Positions 36,168 through 36,273 of a DNA stretch of 36,273 nucleotides are shown piece by piece. The stretch covers positions 22,223,232-22,259,504 of the forward strand of contig NC_069001.1 in NCBI RefSeq assembly GCF_001194135.2. The letters run 5' to 3'. The notes beneath the pieces were generated by a model. The model did no database searches and was not told where the DNA came from. It saw only the letters and a program-made list of their open reading frames with translations. Made by a program: the position numbers and the translations under genes. How positions within the stretch are numbered: position 1 is the stretch's first letter; each line of letters starts with the position of its first letter. This DNA comes from Octopus bimaculoides. Lineage: Eukaryota.

Positions 36168-36273
36168 TTTATATATATATATATTCTTAGCTAAAATAAG
36201 GACAACATGAATTTCTTCCATCTTACTCTGTTAAAATATTTAAGAAAATTATATTAATGAGTCCTACTTGTTA

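Overview
This is eukaryotic, AT-rich, microsatellite-dense intronic or intergenic DNA from a gapped short-read assembly (seven N-runs). The repeat families match what I recall of octopus (Octopus sp.) repeats; the species call is inference, not a database hit. I recognise no intact host protein-coding gene, and all long ORFs in the track come from N-gaps or microsatellites. The window is a transposon graveyard. It holds two RTE-type LINE remnants (one with a YADD motif), an R4/Dong-like REL retrotransposon remnant, weaker Gypsy and Penelope remnants, and several mariner transposase fragments. It also holds a Tigger/pogo remnant, two copies each of a mariner-derived MITE and a hAT-type MITE, many copies of two tRNA-derived SINE families, and a 72-nt tRNA-like cloverleaf. 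The least-explained structures are two interleaved inverted repeats (A-B-A'-B') at 25.1-25.6 kb and a perfect 22-bp hairpin at 31.6 kb. Also notable are a filled/empty site pair recording a 54-bp SINE insertion, and a stem-loop module shared by the two SINE families. I found no convincing novel multi-gene system.
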